A stretch of DNA of 64,000 nucleotides from Gonapodya sp. JEL0774. Its lineage: Eukaryota. The stretch lies in assembly GCA_027604505.1 (NCBI GenBank), contig JADIIX010000024.1:124001-188000 (forward strand), given 5' to 3'. Below, in pieces: positions 46,701 through 60,270 of the stretch. A model generated the notes under the pieces. That model was not told the origin of the DNA and searched no databases. It saw only the letters and a list, made by a program, of their open reading frames with translations. Numbering within the stretch: position 1 is the stretch's first letter; the number at the start of each line of letters is the position of its first letter. Made by a program: the position numbers and the translations under genes.

Positions 46701-49700
46701 TGTTAACTGGTAGCACGGGAGTTGGGAAGTCCGTCATCGTTCAGGATCTTTTAAATCGAATTGGCTCGCAACAGGGATATCTCCCAATTACGTTGAACTT
46801 CTCGGCACAGACGACGAGTTCCCAAATACAGAGTATCATTGAGAGTAAACTCGAAAAGAAGAGAAAGAACATCCTAGGGGCCCCGGAAGGGAACACTCGC
46901 GTTGTCCTATTTGTTGATGATATGAACATGCCCAAGTTAGACCGATATGGGTCACAACCCACAATTGAGCTTCTGCGGCAATATCTCACATCGCACGGCT
47001 GGTATGACAGGGAAAAGCTATTTTGGAAGGAAATTCAAGACGTTTCGGTAGTTGGGGCTTGTGGACCGCCAGGTGGAGGGCGAAATCCAATTACAACGAG
47101 GCTTCTCAGGCACTTCAATCTGATCAACATACCCGCACCTCAAGAACTTAGCCTCCAAAAAATATTCCGGTCTATAGTCGAAGGTTTTTTCAAGATATTT
47201 TCTGCAGACGTTCGTAGCTGCGCAGAAAACATTGTGAACTCTGCTATTGAAATTTATAGGCGGATGTGCACCGAGCTCTTGCCAACGCCAGCGAAATCTC
47301 ACTACACTTTTAACCTTCGTGATCTGTCAAAGGTTATCCAAGGAGTTCTGCAGATAAAACCTGCACATTGTCAGGCGAAGAATGATGCAATACGACTTTT
47401 CTGTCACGAAGCTGGTCGCGTGTTTCATGATCGGCTTATTGACGATGCCGATCGTCAGTACTTCAACCAGCTGATGTCGGAGGTTGTAGATAAAATTTTC
47501 ACAGTCGCCATGCCCAAGGACCAGTTGGTGGAGAACCCAATCCTCTTTGGTGACTTTCTCAAGCGTGGAGTGCCTGTGGAAGAGCGCAATTACATCGAAA
47601 TTATTGATTCGAAGGCGCTCGGAACAATGTTAGAGGAGTACCTGGAAGAATACAATGTCACGCTGTCCAAGGACATGAGACTCATATTTTTCCTGGATGC
47701 CAAACAGCATATCACTAGAATTGCACGGATTTTGCGGCAGCCACGAGGCAATGCGCTACTAGTTGGTGTCGGCGGAACTGGAAAACAATCACTAACGCGC
47801 CTTGCATGCCACATTTCAGAGTATCAATGCATCCAAATTGAGCTTACGCGAACATACGGTGAAGTTGAGTGGCACGAGGATCTGAAGAAACTGTATCAAC
47901 TTGCAGGTGTGGAAGGCAAGACAACAGTTTTCCTGATTTCGGACACACAAATTAAGTCTGAAACTTTCTTGGAGGATATCAACAATATTTTGAATTCCGG
48001 AGAAGTCCCCAATTTGTTTGAAATCGATGAAAGAGAGAAAATTTTGGGCGACCTTCGATCTATCGCCAGACAGCGAGGACTCTCAGAAGATCGCGATACG
48101 ATCTATCAGTTTTTCATTAACCGTGTGAAAGACAATCTTCACATTGTATTTGCGACAAGCCCCGTCGGTGATACATTCCGGAATCGTTGTCGAATGTTCC
48201 CCTCTCTTGTGAACTGCAGCACGATTGACTGGTTCGACGAGTGGCCCCGCGAAGCCCTGCTTTCTGTTTCTAAGAGATTTTTGGAGTTTGTTGATTTGGG
48301 CTCAGAGGAAATGAAAGAGAAAGTATCTGCTATGTGTGTTGATGTCCACATGAGTGTAAGTGAGATTTCGAAGCGTTATTGGAATGAGCTTCGGAGGAGA
48401 TACTATACAACACCGACGAGCTATTTGGAATTGATCAATCTATACACGCTCATGTTGGGAGAGAAACGAAAAGAGCTGAGCTTAGCACGAGATCGCCTGA
48501 AAAATGGTCTCAGTAAACTGACGGAAACAAATGAACTGGTTGCAAAGATGCAAGTTGAGCTCGAACTTCTTGGTCCGGAATTGAAACAAAAGGCAAAGGA
48601 CGTAGAGACTCTCATGGCCAAGATCGCCAAAGATCAAGAGACCGCCGATGGGGTTCGCAAAGTCGTAGCTGAAGAGGAGGCAGTCGTTCGCGAGAAGGCC
48701 GAACAAACTGAAGGCATAGCACGAGACGCACAGAAAGATCTAGATGAGGCTCTCCCTGCACTTGCAGCCGCCTACTCGGCCCTCGATTCGTTGGACAAGA
48801 AAGACATCGCGGAGCTGAAAGTCTTTTCAAAGCCTCCAGATCTCGTCATGCTTGTCATGGAAGCAGTTTGTATATTGTTTAAGGTAAAACCCGATTGGGA
48901 TAGCTCGAAGAAGCTTCTTGGTGATCCGCAATTTATGAAAAAGATGGTGGAGTTTGATAAGGACAACATCCCGGACTCAATAATAAAGAAGCTCCGGAAG
49001 TACATAGAGAACCCGAGCTTCAATCCAGAGGCAGTTGAGAAAGTCTCAAGAGCATGTAAATCTATCTGCATGTGGGTTGTCGCATTGGAACTGTACGGGC
49101 GCGTGTTTCGGGAGGTTCAGCCCAAACGGAAGAGGCTGGAGGATGCTCAAGCGACACTCGAAGCGACTCGTGCAAAACTAGCAGAAAAGACGGCTGCACT
49201 GCAAGAAGTGAGTGCATTTGCAGCCTTTTTTAACAGAGAAGTTCGCAAAAACAATTCTTGAATTACAGGTTGAGAATCAATTGAACAAACTCAAACAAAA
49301 GTATGAGGACAGCATTGCAAGCAAAAAGCAGCTGTCGGACAAAATCGATGAGACGAGCCGGCGATTGCAGCGGGCCAGTAAGCTCACACAGGCCCTCGCG
49401 GACGAACAAATTCGATGGACGGAATCGGTCGCTAGCTTGGGCCAGCAAATCGAAGCTCTTGTAGGAAATGTCTTCTTGGCAGCCGCGTGCGTTGCGTATT
49501 ATGGCGCCTTTACCTTTAACTTCCGTCAAGATTTGATAATGCAGTGGATAGGAAAGTGCCAGACAATGGGTATACCCGTACTAGAGAACTTCGCTTTGGT
49601 TGATATTTTGGGTGATCCAGTTGTTATTCGAGAGTGGAACGTACAAGGACTTCCCACGGACGCTCTCTCCACAGACAACGGAATTCTGGTGCACCGGGGT

Positions 49701-52700
49701 CGACGTTGGCCTCTGATGATTGACCCGCAAGGTCAAGCCAACAATTGGATTCGCAAAATGGAAGGTACCGAGCTGAAAGTGGTCAAGCTATCTGATCCGA
49801 AATTCTTGCGCTCTCTGGAAAATGCCATTAGGACGGGGTCTCCTGTGCTCATGGAGGACGTTGGTGAACAGTTGGATCCCGCTCTGGAACCATTACTGCT
49901 GAAACAGACTGTTCGGCAAGGTGGACGACTTATGATGAAGCTGGGTGACACGTTTGTTGAATATGACAAGAATTTTAGGCTCTACATTACAACGAAGCTC
50001 CCCAATCCACATTACCTCCCCGAGGTGTGCATTAAGGTCACTATCATAAACTTCACCGTGACGAAGAACGGTCTCGAAAACCAGTTACTTGGGGACGTCG
50101 TCTGCTTGGAGAGACCCGAACTGGAAGAACAGCGGAACAGTTTAATAGTGTCACTCTCAGCGGACAAAAAGGCTCTGAAAGATATAGAGGAGAAAATATT
50201 GAAGCTGCTATTCAATGCTCAAGGCAACATCTTGGATGACGAAGAACTCATAAACACACTCAACCAATCAAAGGTAACATCTGCAGCGATCTTGGAACGC
50301 GTCAAACTTTCGGAGCAGACGGAAAAGGCCATCAACGTTGCTCGAGAGCGGTATCGGCCAGTCGCTATTCGTGGTTCTGTGCTTTACTTTTCTGTGGCCG
50401 ACCTAGCGGAAATCGATCCCATGTACCAGTTCTCACTTAAATACTTCAAGAATCTTTTTAATTCTTGCATTGAGAGCTGTCCCAAAACAGAAAACTTGAA
50501 TGTGCATATTGATGACCTTAATCGATTGATCACATCCGTTATTTTTCAGAATGTCTCTCGAGGACTTTTTGAGCGTCACAAGATGATCTTCGGCTTCATG
50601 ATTTGCTCCGAAATCTTAAGAGAGAGGAAGTCTATTGAGGACCTCGAGTGGAACTATTTTTTGCGAGGGGGAAGTGGAGTATTGAAGCCCGAATCGCTGC
50701 CTGTGCGGCCACAAGTTCCTTGGCTGACAGATTCCATGTGGAGAAATGTTGTGGACTTGGCAACTTCGGTGCCTCCCTTTAAGTTCATCGTTGAGCACAT
50801 GACGATGTATTCTTCGGAGTGGGAGATATTGATTGAGTCGGACGATCCTTTCCTGGAACGGATACCTGGAGAAGGTGCTGACAAAATCACGGATTTCCAG
50901 AAGGTCTTGTTGATAAAAACCTTGCGAGAAGAAAAGTTAATTCCCTCTGCAATTGAATTTATCAAGAGAGGTATAGGAAAGGAGTTTGTTGAGGCTCCTC
51001 CGTTAGAAATCGGACGTGCGTACAAGGATACAACAGCAAGAACGCCGTTTATTTTCATTCTCTCAGCTGGCTCGGATCCAATCGCGTCTCTGCTTAAGTT
51101 TTCGAAAGAAATGAATTATGGCGACCGGCTCCACATGATTTCCCTCGGACAAGGACAAGGGCCGATTGCGGAAGAGCTCGTTAAGAAAGCAATGTCAATG
51201 GGTGATTGGGTGTTCCTGCAAAATTGCCATTTGGCGGCATCATGGATGACCCGTCTCGACCAGCTTGTGAAAGAGATATCCAGTCCAGAGACAACAGTGA
51301 ACCCTACTTTCCGACTTTTCCTTTCCTCAATGCCGTCCAAAGTCTTTCCCATTGCTGTCCTACAGGAAGGTGTCAAAGTCACAAATGAACCACCCAAAGG
51401 TCTGCGTGCGAATCTTGCCAGGAGTTTCGCTGAGGTCACGCCTGAAATTTTCGACAACAATCCCCCACAAGGGGTCAAGTTCAAGAAATTATTTTTTGGT
51501 GTGAGCTTCTTTAATGCTCTCATACATGAACGCAAGAAGTTCGGACCTCTTGGTTGGAATATTTTATACGACTGGAGCAACTCAGATCTTGAAGTTTCTA
51601 TAACGATTATGAGAAACTTTTTACAGGATCAGCGACAAATTCCTTGGGATGCTCTCTTGTACTTGACATCAGAGATCACTTTTGGTGGAAGGGTCACAGA
51701 CGACTGGGACCGAAGAACGTTGCGAAGCATGCTCCAAAGATTTTACTCACCAGTTATTTTAGATGACAACTACAAATTTTCGCCGTCAGGAATTTACTAC
51801 GCACCACCGGATGGAACCTTATCTTTTTATCGATCATTCATCGAGAAGCTGCCATTGACGGAAGACCCATCCGTTTTCGGAATGCACGAGAACGCCAATA
51901 TCAGCTTCCAAGTTCAAGAGTCACGTAGATTAGTTAAGACGGTTCTTGATGTACAGCCCAGGATAGGTGGTGGTGGCGCTGGAAAAACCCCCGAGGAACT
52001 CGTGATAGAACTCACGGCGACCATTCTGGATGAGTGGCCGCTCCCTCTTGTATTGGAATACAGTCCTTCAACTGATACCACACGACAAGTATCAGGGCAA
52101 GACAGGGCGCGACCTCCGTCTGGCTCAACTCGTATTGGCAGCCCAAAATCTCGTGTCCTTGGAACAGTTTCGACTAGCAAAGATCCAAAGGCTTTAATGG
52201 AGGAAATGTTCCGTACAGATGCAGATGGCCGAGTTCTCAACTCTCTTTCGATCGTACTGACACAGGAGTGTGTCCGTTTTAATAAATTGTTGGCGACAGT
52301 AAAGCGAACGCTCGAGAATCTCGTCAAAGCAATGAAAGGACTCGTTGTAATGAATGAGGAGCTAGAAGGTGTTTTCAGAAGCCTCCTCAACAATGAGGTC
52401 CCCGCGATATGGTCGAATGTCGCGTACCCAAGCTTGAAACCACTTGGGGGTTGGGTGAAAGATTTGTGCGCCAGAATCTCTTTTATGCGTTCTTGGATCA
52501 ATGAAGGGCAACCAACAACATTCTGGCTTCCCGGTTTCTTTTTCCCGCAGGGTAAGTGCAATTTCAAGAGCGTTTTTGAAACCAAAACTCAAGAGATGCA
52601 CTGCACCAAAAGGATTTCTCACTGGCGCACTTCAGAATCACGCTCGCAAATATAACATCCCCATTGATTCTCTATCCTTCTCATTTTCAGTATTGGATGC

Positions 52701-53310
52701 CGAGGACGAGTCAGGATTGAGAAGCAATCCAAATATCCCCAGTAGCAAATCGCCCTCAACTTCTATGACCAGTGTTGAACCAGACCACAAGGTACTCAAC
52801 GCAGAAGATGGTGTCCTGATCGGAGGACTATTTGTAGAAGGCGCTCGATGGGATTCTCAAAAGCGCTTACTTCAAGATGCATTTCCCATGGAAATGTTCT
52901 CTGTGAGTTTTATGTCCTCGCCGCCCGAAGATCTATTCTGATGATGGTTATCTCCAGACACTTCCGCTTGTGCGCTTTATGCCTACCCAAACTCCCCAAG
53001 TTGCGGATACCACGAATAAGCTCTATGTCGCACCTCTGTACAAGACTGGGGCACGTGCAGGGACCCTTTCAACGACAGGTGAGAGATGTAATTGGAGTGG
53101 ACTGGAACCGACCAACTTAGATCTGCAACAATCCCGGTGAAAGGCCACTCTACCAACTTTGTACTGTCTATCAACCTTCCATCCGACAAACCTCAGGAGT
53201 ACTGGATCGCAAAGGGTTGCGGTGAGGATTTCGATAAGCATCTTTCGTCTCACAAGCAACTTCTCACACACTCGTGTCCACTAGCCCTGCTCTGTCAACT
53301 GAGCGAATAG
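37745..53310 (+). CDS. DNAH6: Axonemal inner-arm dynein heavy chain, DNAH6-like; multi-exon
   Basis: AAA1 [18 protein letters not shown] and [22 protein letters not shown]2 [11 protein letters not shown]3 [11 protein letters not shown]4 GVGGTGKQS; stalk/MTBD; C-terminal [10 protein letters not shown] and GTLSTT/GHSTNFV. AAA1 sequence and N-terminal YDL..V / FTPL..W.RE motifs resemble DNAH6. Inclusion of the first two low-complexity exons rests on phase-compatible splice sites. Confidence 0.93.
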
Positions 53311-53454
53311 AGAAAGATGGAGGAGTTGCTGTTTTCTGCAAACTAGCTAGTGATGGTAATATCTTACATAACCGTCTATCACTTCTGTAAATACATGCTG
53401 AATTACGTAATACAACAAAAATGAGTTCTTCAAAATCGTTCAAAAGATGCGTAG

Positions 53455-55288
53455 TTACTGGCCCACACGTGATTTGCGTTTCGTCCGTGAGGGAGCTCCC
53501 AAAACACGCTCCAATTGGGCCTGCAGCGCCTGGATGGTTTGAGCTTGGTCCTTTACTTCCAGCTCCAGTCCGGCCACTTTTCGTCGTTCCTGTCCAATTT
53601 CCACATCCATCTCTTGGACATATTCCCTTAAAGCAGCATTTTCCATTTTCAGTTCAGCGATCCGAGAGTTTCTTCGCTCTAGCTTCTCGCTCAAATCTCT
53701 GTTGGCAGAATCGATGCTCGCCAGTTGCACTTTCAAAAACTCGTTTCGACGGGCCAGATCAGCAATCGTCTCCGAATGCTGCACATTTCCACCACTCCAG
53801 CCTGTTGGTGGCATCGCCACGACTGTCATTTCATCTGAAGAGGTCGACCACGTCCCTGTGCTTCCTTGTCCTTTCATATTCCCACCTTGTGAGAATGCCG
53901 GCTTTGCGATCGCTGAGGGGGATGTGAAAGGGGCGGTTAAGGGTTGGAACGAAGAAGCGCTCGCAGGGATCGCAACGTGTTCCTCAAGGGTTTGCGACGT
54001 TTGGGCCACCGCACCACCGCGGGAGCTAGAAGCATTTGACGAACTATTGTTAGGAGCTTGAGAAACAGCGCGCCGATGGCCATTGAAGGAATGTTTGGTG
54101 GCGTTTGCAGGAGATGCTGAACGCACAGAGGGACGATAGCCATCGCCATCCGTTGGAGAAGACCGTCGGCTTCGGGCTGGAGAAGGCAAGACGGGACTGG
54201 TGTTGTGAAATTCGGAGTGTTGTTGATTGATTCGAGGCGTATGTGGAAGGTAAACAGGGATTACCGGTGGGGACGGAAGACGGTGAGGCACAGTCTTAGC
54301 GAACTGCTGTTGTTGTGGAAGATTTGGAGATGGAGGGGTAGAATGCCGTGGAGATGCTTGTGCCGAGCGCGAGGACATAGAGCGACGCTGGAGCGCGAGA
54401 CGAGATTCCAGAAGCACCAAAAACCCTGGGCGAGGTGCGAATGTTTCTCCCCGGCTGTTCTTGCCATCTCGTAGATCCCGAGCACGCTCCAGCACGCTAT
54501 CAGTTATCTTTGCCCCGTGCTCCAGTAGTAGCTCGACGATCTGAAGATTTGGAGTCAGGTAGTAGTTATCACAAACGTCTTCTGGGCTCGAAGGGTTGTT
54601 GGTCGTGACATGGGCACCAAACTAGGTCGAGTATGCATCGAAGGGTTGAATCATCAGCGAGCGTAGCTGAACTCGATTGCAGAGCGAAAGTGAACTCACT
54701 TTGTTGAAGTTCCACTGTCCTCCAGTAAGGGCGAGGTCAAGGGCAGCAGGGTATTGGAATGATTCACGGTCATTCCATCGACGATTCGTCCATTGCTCTT
54801 CCGTCCATCGATCACAGTAGTTGGGAATGGACCATTCAATAGGGTCGTTGGGATTGCAGCCTGGAGGATGAAACAGGCGCAGGTAACGGGCACCGTCAAT
54901 GCTTTACCAAAATGACACCTCAAGGAGCGGTTTCCGAGATAAACTAGAAAAGTTCAACATCCATTTAGTAGCCATATGACTACTCACCGGCTTCAAGAAG
55001 TTTCCGGACAATTTCGGCTTTCGAGGCGGAATAACTACGAATGGCAAGAGCGATGGCGCTTTCCATCTGCCTCGTATCTGATCGCACTTCCTTCGGCTCT
55101 TCCTTTACATCTTTGAGGTTGAAGATGCTTCGTCTCCTCATGGTTTTGTTCGGTGCCAGGACACAGCGGATTGTCACCATTTTGCGCGCTCCAACATCGG
55201 CTTCACTTCGGAGGGCCTCTTCCACCTCATCCACTCGACCTTCTTCAATAGCAGCGAGAAGGTGACGATCGCATGGATGCTGCTCCAT
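53455..55288 (-). CDS. Ankyrin-like repeat protein with Ser/Pro-rich linker and C-terminal coiled coil; 3 exons
   Basis: LLAAIEEGRVDEVEEALRSEADV; SAIALAIRS..AEIVRKLLEA/GCNPN; AALDLAL; NLQIVELLLEHGAKIT. The last exon joins ORF 53455-54495. Confidence 0.75.
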
Positions 55289-55543
55289 GTTGGCAGATGT
55301 TGGAAGGAGGAACGGCAATGCAGACCTTGGCAACCGTGGCGTCAACAGCCGACATTCAAATAAAAGGTTTGACTCCCTTCCACAATAATTTTTCTCTCGC
55401 GACCACTTGTCTCTACGTTGACCGTATCTCAAACACTTTTAAGGTGTTTGGATTTTTTGGAGCAATAAGTTGTCCATGCGGATGACGCTCAACACGGGAG
55501 TCGCAGCAACATAACGTGGTCAGCAATTTGGCCAAATGTTCCT

Positions 55544-56910
55544 TCATGACCAATTCAGCGAACAGAGCCCGCACGGCGCACCTGAGATCCGTCTATAGTG
55601 GCCTTCTGTAATCTGTTCAGTTCTTACTTGCACACCTGCCCGGCTGGATTGTTTTAGATCCTTTGCTGGACTCGCAAATGATGAAGACAACTACCGCAGT
55701 AGGAAAATGTAACTTAAAGATCACGTGAGAGTACACATTGCAGACAAGAGAATCATGTTATATTGTTGGTACGCTCTTCCACCATGCGACAATCCCATGT
55801 GGTGTAGTGCCCCACTTTTCGAACAGACTCAACACCAGTGCATTTTCAGAAGGGTCGAGAACCTGTTGTTTAACGTCTGTCTCAAAAATTTTATGACGTT
55901 TATACTGCGAGGACGTGCGTACCTGCATTATTGAAAGCCCCAGAAGAATGGTTGTAATGTGCATCCCAGCCTTCCCAAACGCCTGGAAAGAAGGCACACA
56001 TTAATGCCAAGCTATGACTATATGTCGCATAGAGGTATCAGTAAGATTGAAAGGCCCACTTGTATGTCAGAGAATCGAAATTTGCCTCCTTCGAGTTCAT
56101 GAACCACTCGCAAAATTGTTGATTTGTCTTCAGGATCTGAAACCTATTCGCACACACGAATGACCATTAATAATTTAAGCACAGTGACATGCAGTCTATC
56201 GTATGAAACTCACCATTTCCCTCTTCGTTCCATCTGGCGTGATTCGAGCCGCCGCGTAAATGGCCGAGAGGCGAATGAGATCCGAAAGAATTCGATCTTT
56301 AATAATGTAATTAAAGTATAGTTGCTTTTTTTCATTCGATGGTGGTCGAGATGATTGTGGTGAATCTATTCGGAAAAGAACTTGTGTGGAGAACATCGGC
56401 AGACGTCTGGAGCAAGTGTGTCAATGTTGATTAGAAGATCTCCCTTATCAATGAAGCACAGTCAATGTCGTGGTCTTTGACGTTCGTCTGGATCCAATAG
56501 TGCTCCTTTCTAGATCCAATAGTTGCTCATTCCCGTGAGCCAAACTGGCCAGTGCTCCGGTGCAACTGACCGTCTCTGACAAGACACAAGCGGGCGAAAT
56601 GAGCGGCTTCAATCAAGCTCTCACTCGAGTTGCTGACTTTGCTATGACAGGGACATCCAGAGTGAGACATTCGCCGTTTTCAACTGTAGCATTGTCTGTC
56701 TGTGCACTGGGTGCTTCGCCACTTTCCCTCCAAAGGTTCGTTCTGCCAACAACTTACTTTGATTCGGTGTTCTCCGATGTCAGGGTGAAAAATTGGATAA
56801 TCGGATCGCATTGAAACGCGGAGGCGAGCTCGTGAGCGGTATATCAAGTTTTGATGACGATCGCGACACTGAATAGGGACCCACCCGGAATCTTTCTTCT
56901 TTCCCGATCA
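55544..56910 (-). CDS. Hypothetical multi-exon protein (5' end unresolved)
   Basis: Consecutive phase-0 GT-AG junctions give ..LYFNYIIKDRILSDLIRLSAIYAAARITPDGTKREM/VSDPEDKSTILRVVHELEGGKFRFSDIQ/AFGKAGMHITTILLGLSIMQ/VLDPSENALVLSLFEKWGTTPHGIVAWWKS. Confidence 0.55.
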
Positions 56911-57031
56911 TCGCCTGCACGCCTTTCAACAATCCGATGGCACCCGAAATGCAGTGATTCTCAAAGAGCGCATTCAAGAGTTCTTTTCTGGCGTTGAGGT
57001 TGGGGACCCGGTGGCGTTCTCGAACACCCAT

Positions 57032-58465
57032 ATGGCAGACACTCTGAGAGAATTTGCAGGGGGCACAGTAGGAGGGTGGGCACAAGTTCTGGTTGGCCAT
57101 GTGAGCGTCATTGTTCACTTTTTAATCGTTTTTACTATCCATAACTTGGTTTCTGCGAAAAATTCCTCGCAATCGTTGAACTGGATCCGTCTTCACCTAG
57201 CCGTTCGATACAATCAAAGTCCGAATTCAGACCAACAACCAGTATCGAAACGCATTACACGCACTGACCGATACCCTTAAAAATGAGGGGGTGAGATTGC
57301 TGTGACTTCTTACTCCGCGAGCCGCTGGGACGGGCGGCTTGATATTTACCAACTCTCGTCTTAACATTGTTGCTCAACCCCGAAAATTTCGAAGCCCCAA
57401 GCACTGTACAAAGGGGTCACATCTCCAATTATCGGAATCGGTCTCGTGTGAGCTCATGGTTTTGTTCCTGCACATTACAACATCGGATCAATACTGTCAA
57501 ATCCACAGCAACGCCGTTATATTCTCCTTCTACGGCAAAATACGTCGATTAATCAACCCTGACTACCCAAACTCACCTCTTACATCCGCTCAAACATTCT
57601 ATGCCGGACTCGCAACCGGGACCGCCACCGCTTTTGTCAACGCGCCAGTCGAACATTTGAAAATTCGTCTACAAACACAGTATGGATCACGTGGATCCGC
57701 CAATACTGTTAATAATGGTGGTGTTGCCCCCCAAACTCTTCGATCTCTTACCGCCCATCTGGTGCGAACGCGCGGGGTCTCCTCGCTCTTTCGTGGGCTG
57801 GGCGTGACGGTGGTTCGGGACACCCCGTCGTTCGCCTTTTACTTTTGGTCGTATGAAATGGTCACGAAGGCCCTTGAAACTCGAGCTGCTAGAGTGAGTG
57901 GGGCACCAAGGGAACTGAATGTCGCCGAGCTCATTCTGGCTGGTGGAACTGCGTGAGTCCACCTCGACGACTTTCTCGATCAAAACATTTGACTGAATCA
58001 ACACTTGGAAAGTGGCATCTGCTGTTGGCTACCTTGCATTCCTCAAGATGTCGTCAAGAGCAGGTTGGTACAAAATCGGCGAGCCCGGAGTTTAACATCC
58101 TCTGATCTACTACTACTGTCCCCCTTTTGTGCCCAGATTTCAGGCCAACTACAACTACAGCTCTTCGTTAGAGGTAGTGCGGGATGTCTATGCCAGGAAG
58201 GGGATTGGAGGTTTTTTCAAAGGTGTAGGCCCTACTCGTGAGTACTCAATGGAGGATTCGGGCAAGGAATAGCAAATCCATTCGTGAAAATTGGTTCTCT
58301 ACTTACTCACATGTGATATGTGAAACTCAATGTTGCTTTGACGCATGCTCGCCCCCTAACACAGTTGTTCGCGCATTCCCCGCCAATGCTGCAACATTCC
58401 TCGCGTACGAAATGACAATGAGACGAATTGCACCTGGCCGTCATGGACGAAGTGAATGGAACTGA
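57032..58465 (+). CDS. Mitochondrial carrier (SLC25; carnitine/acylcarnitine or basic amino acid carrier-like); multi-exon
   Basis: Three Px[DE]xxKxR signatures: GH/PFDTIKVRIQ, APVEHLKIRLQ, IPQDVVKSR. Also LYKGVTSP, RDTPSFAFYF and VRAFPANAATFLAYE. Confidence 0.93.
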
Positions 58466-58688
58466 GTCGAAAATGTAATTATTGGTGGATGGTTTTTGAG
58501 CTTCTGCGATACAGTACTATCATCGTCGGGCTTAACGGCCCTGCATGTACCCTATAGATAGACTTTCTATTGTAGCAATTTCTTAGAGCGGATTCCATAC
58601 GCATGAATGGAGTAACGGCAAGGGGCGGACCCGATTGATTAGTTTCTCTGCACCAACATTGCGAGCAAGTTTTCACCCATCGAGTGGA

Positions 58689-60040
58689 ATGAATGTTTCA
58701 ACCACGGACACCGACATCAGCTCGGCAGAGAGAGTGCAGCGATGCGTCGACTTCATATTCAACGCCCATGCTTCCCGATCGCCTTGCTTCATTGGGGACA
58801 TTCTCGACCATTCATTCGCAAAAAATCTGTCGTACACTGAAGCTTATGAGATCCAACGATTACTAGGTGCTCGGATGACACCTAAACTGGGAAACGTGGT
58901 AGGATTTAAGGTTGGAGCAACCACACCAGGAATGCAGCGTCATCTCCATGTCTCGTACCCCATGCCTGGCGTCATGCACGAGTCTCGTGTTTTTGCGTGC
59001 GAGTCCTTGGATTCCGAATGCACAACAGCAGTCCCTCTCGCGCTATCTCGAGCGTCATTCAATGGGCCGTCCGTGGAATGTGAGATTCTCGTCCGCCTCG
59101 GCCCGAAACCACTAGACGCTCGTGGAAGATGGGATCCATCTGTTCCCGATCGACGCCTCACTCTCGAGGAGGTCCTCGCATCTTTGGAAGCGGTCTGGAC
59201 CGCTGCCGAGCTTGTGGACGACAGATACGGTGGTGACATTGCTGGTGAGGATAATTGGAAGAGGGATGGAATGCAGCCTGTAATGGTATGTTGAATGTTA
59301 TTGAACCTCTTTTGTCGCCGCAGGGTGGTTGGGCAGGGCAAGAGGAGGTCTAACCACATGTAGAGGTCTCCGCGGAGAGAGGGAGAGGGGACATTCAACT
59401 TTAACTTCTGTCTATCATCTGGATGGCTAGCTTCTCTATGCTCTCATTGGAACTTGGAATGCGGTTGTGCACATTGGAAAGGACAGCTCGCCCACTCCGC
59501 TCTACAAATTTGGACGACGCCGGTTCTCCGTAGTCTAACTTGTTTGTGAGCTCTCATACAATCTGTCGTTTCTCCGCATCGGCCATATAGGTTGCCGATT
59601 CCTTTTTCCATTGGGCATGCCTCCGTTCGCCCAAATCAATGCCGGCCTCATCTCTGTCCGTCTCCTCATTCCCTTCACTAACTGGCCATGTATCTCTTAA
59701 TGGAGTTGTCGTGCAATCTGGGACAGGAGTTGGGGTGATGGGCAATCCACTTGAGAGCGTGAGATATATGGCTGAGTTTCTGGCAAGGGAAAGAAACGAA
59801 GTGCTCCCAGAAAGATTTTGGGTGTCTACAGGGTCTGTGGTGAGTACCGAAGAGGGAAAGGGAATATACTCCAGTTACGGTTATGGATGCCATTTGCTCC
59901 CCCTGTAAATGGTCTCATAACTCATTGCACCTCCGTCATTATTTTTTGGTTCCCAGACCATGCCCGTACTTCCAAAAGCTGGTGACTCACTACGTGTTTG
60001 GTTTGATGGTTTGCCTGGCGAGGTCCAAATCACTTACTGA
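58689..60040 (+). CDS. 2-keto-4-pentenoate hydratase / MhpD-like enzyme (FAH superfamily); 3 exons
   Basis: EAYEIQ, VVGFKVGATTPGMQRHL, VECEILVRLG, AAELVDDRY, VM/VADSFF, GVMGNPLESV, VSTGSV/T..AGD..V.FDGL. Confidence 0.88.
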
Positions 60041-60270
60041 TCGCTTCTCACTCTATGCGAATGCGGTTTATGTTCCTGGTGTAGAGCATTGTACCCGATT
60101 ATATCCGTACTAAGCAGCATTGAATAAAGAATTGGTATTACGTTCAGAGTTATTGCAATACATATTCTCGGTTCACTTCACGGTGACAAATGATGGTGTG
60201 TAGCCCGGAGAGCAGACCACCTAACGCTTTGGACCGCGAGACGCGTAAACAGCCGCAGGAAATCTGCGCA

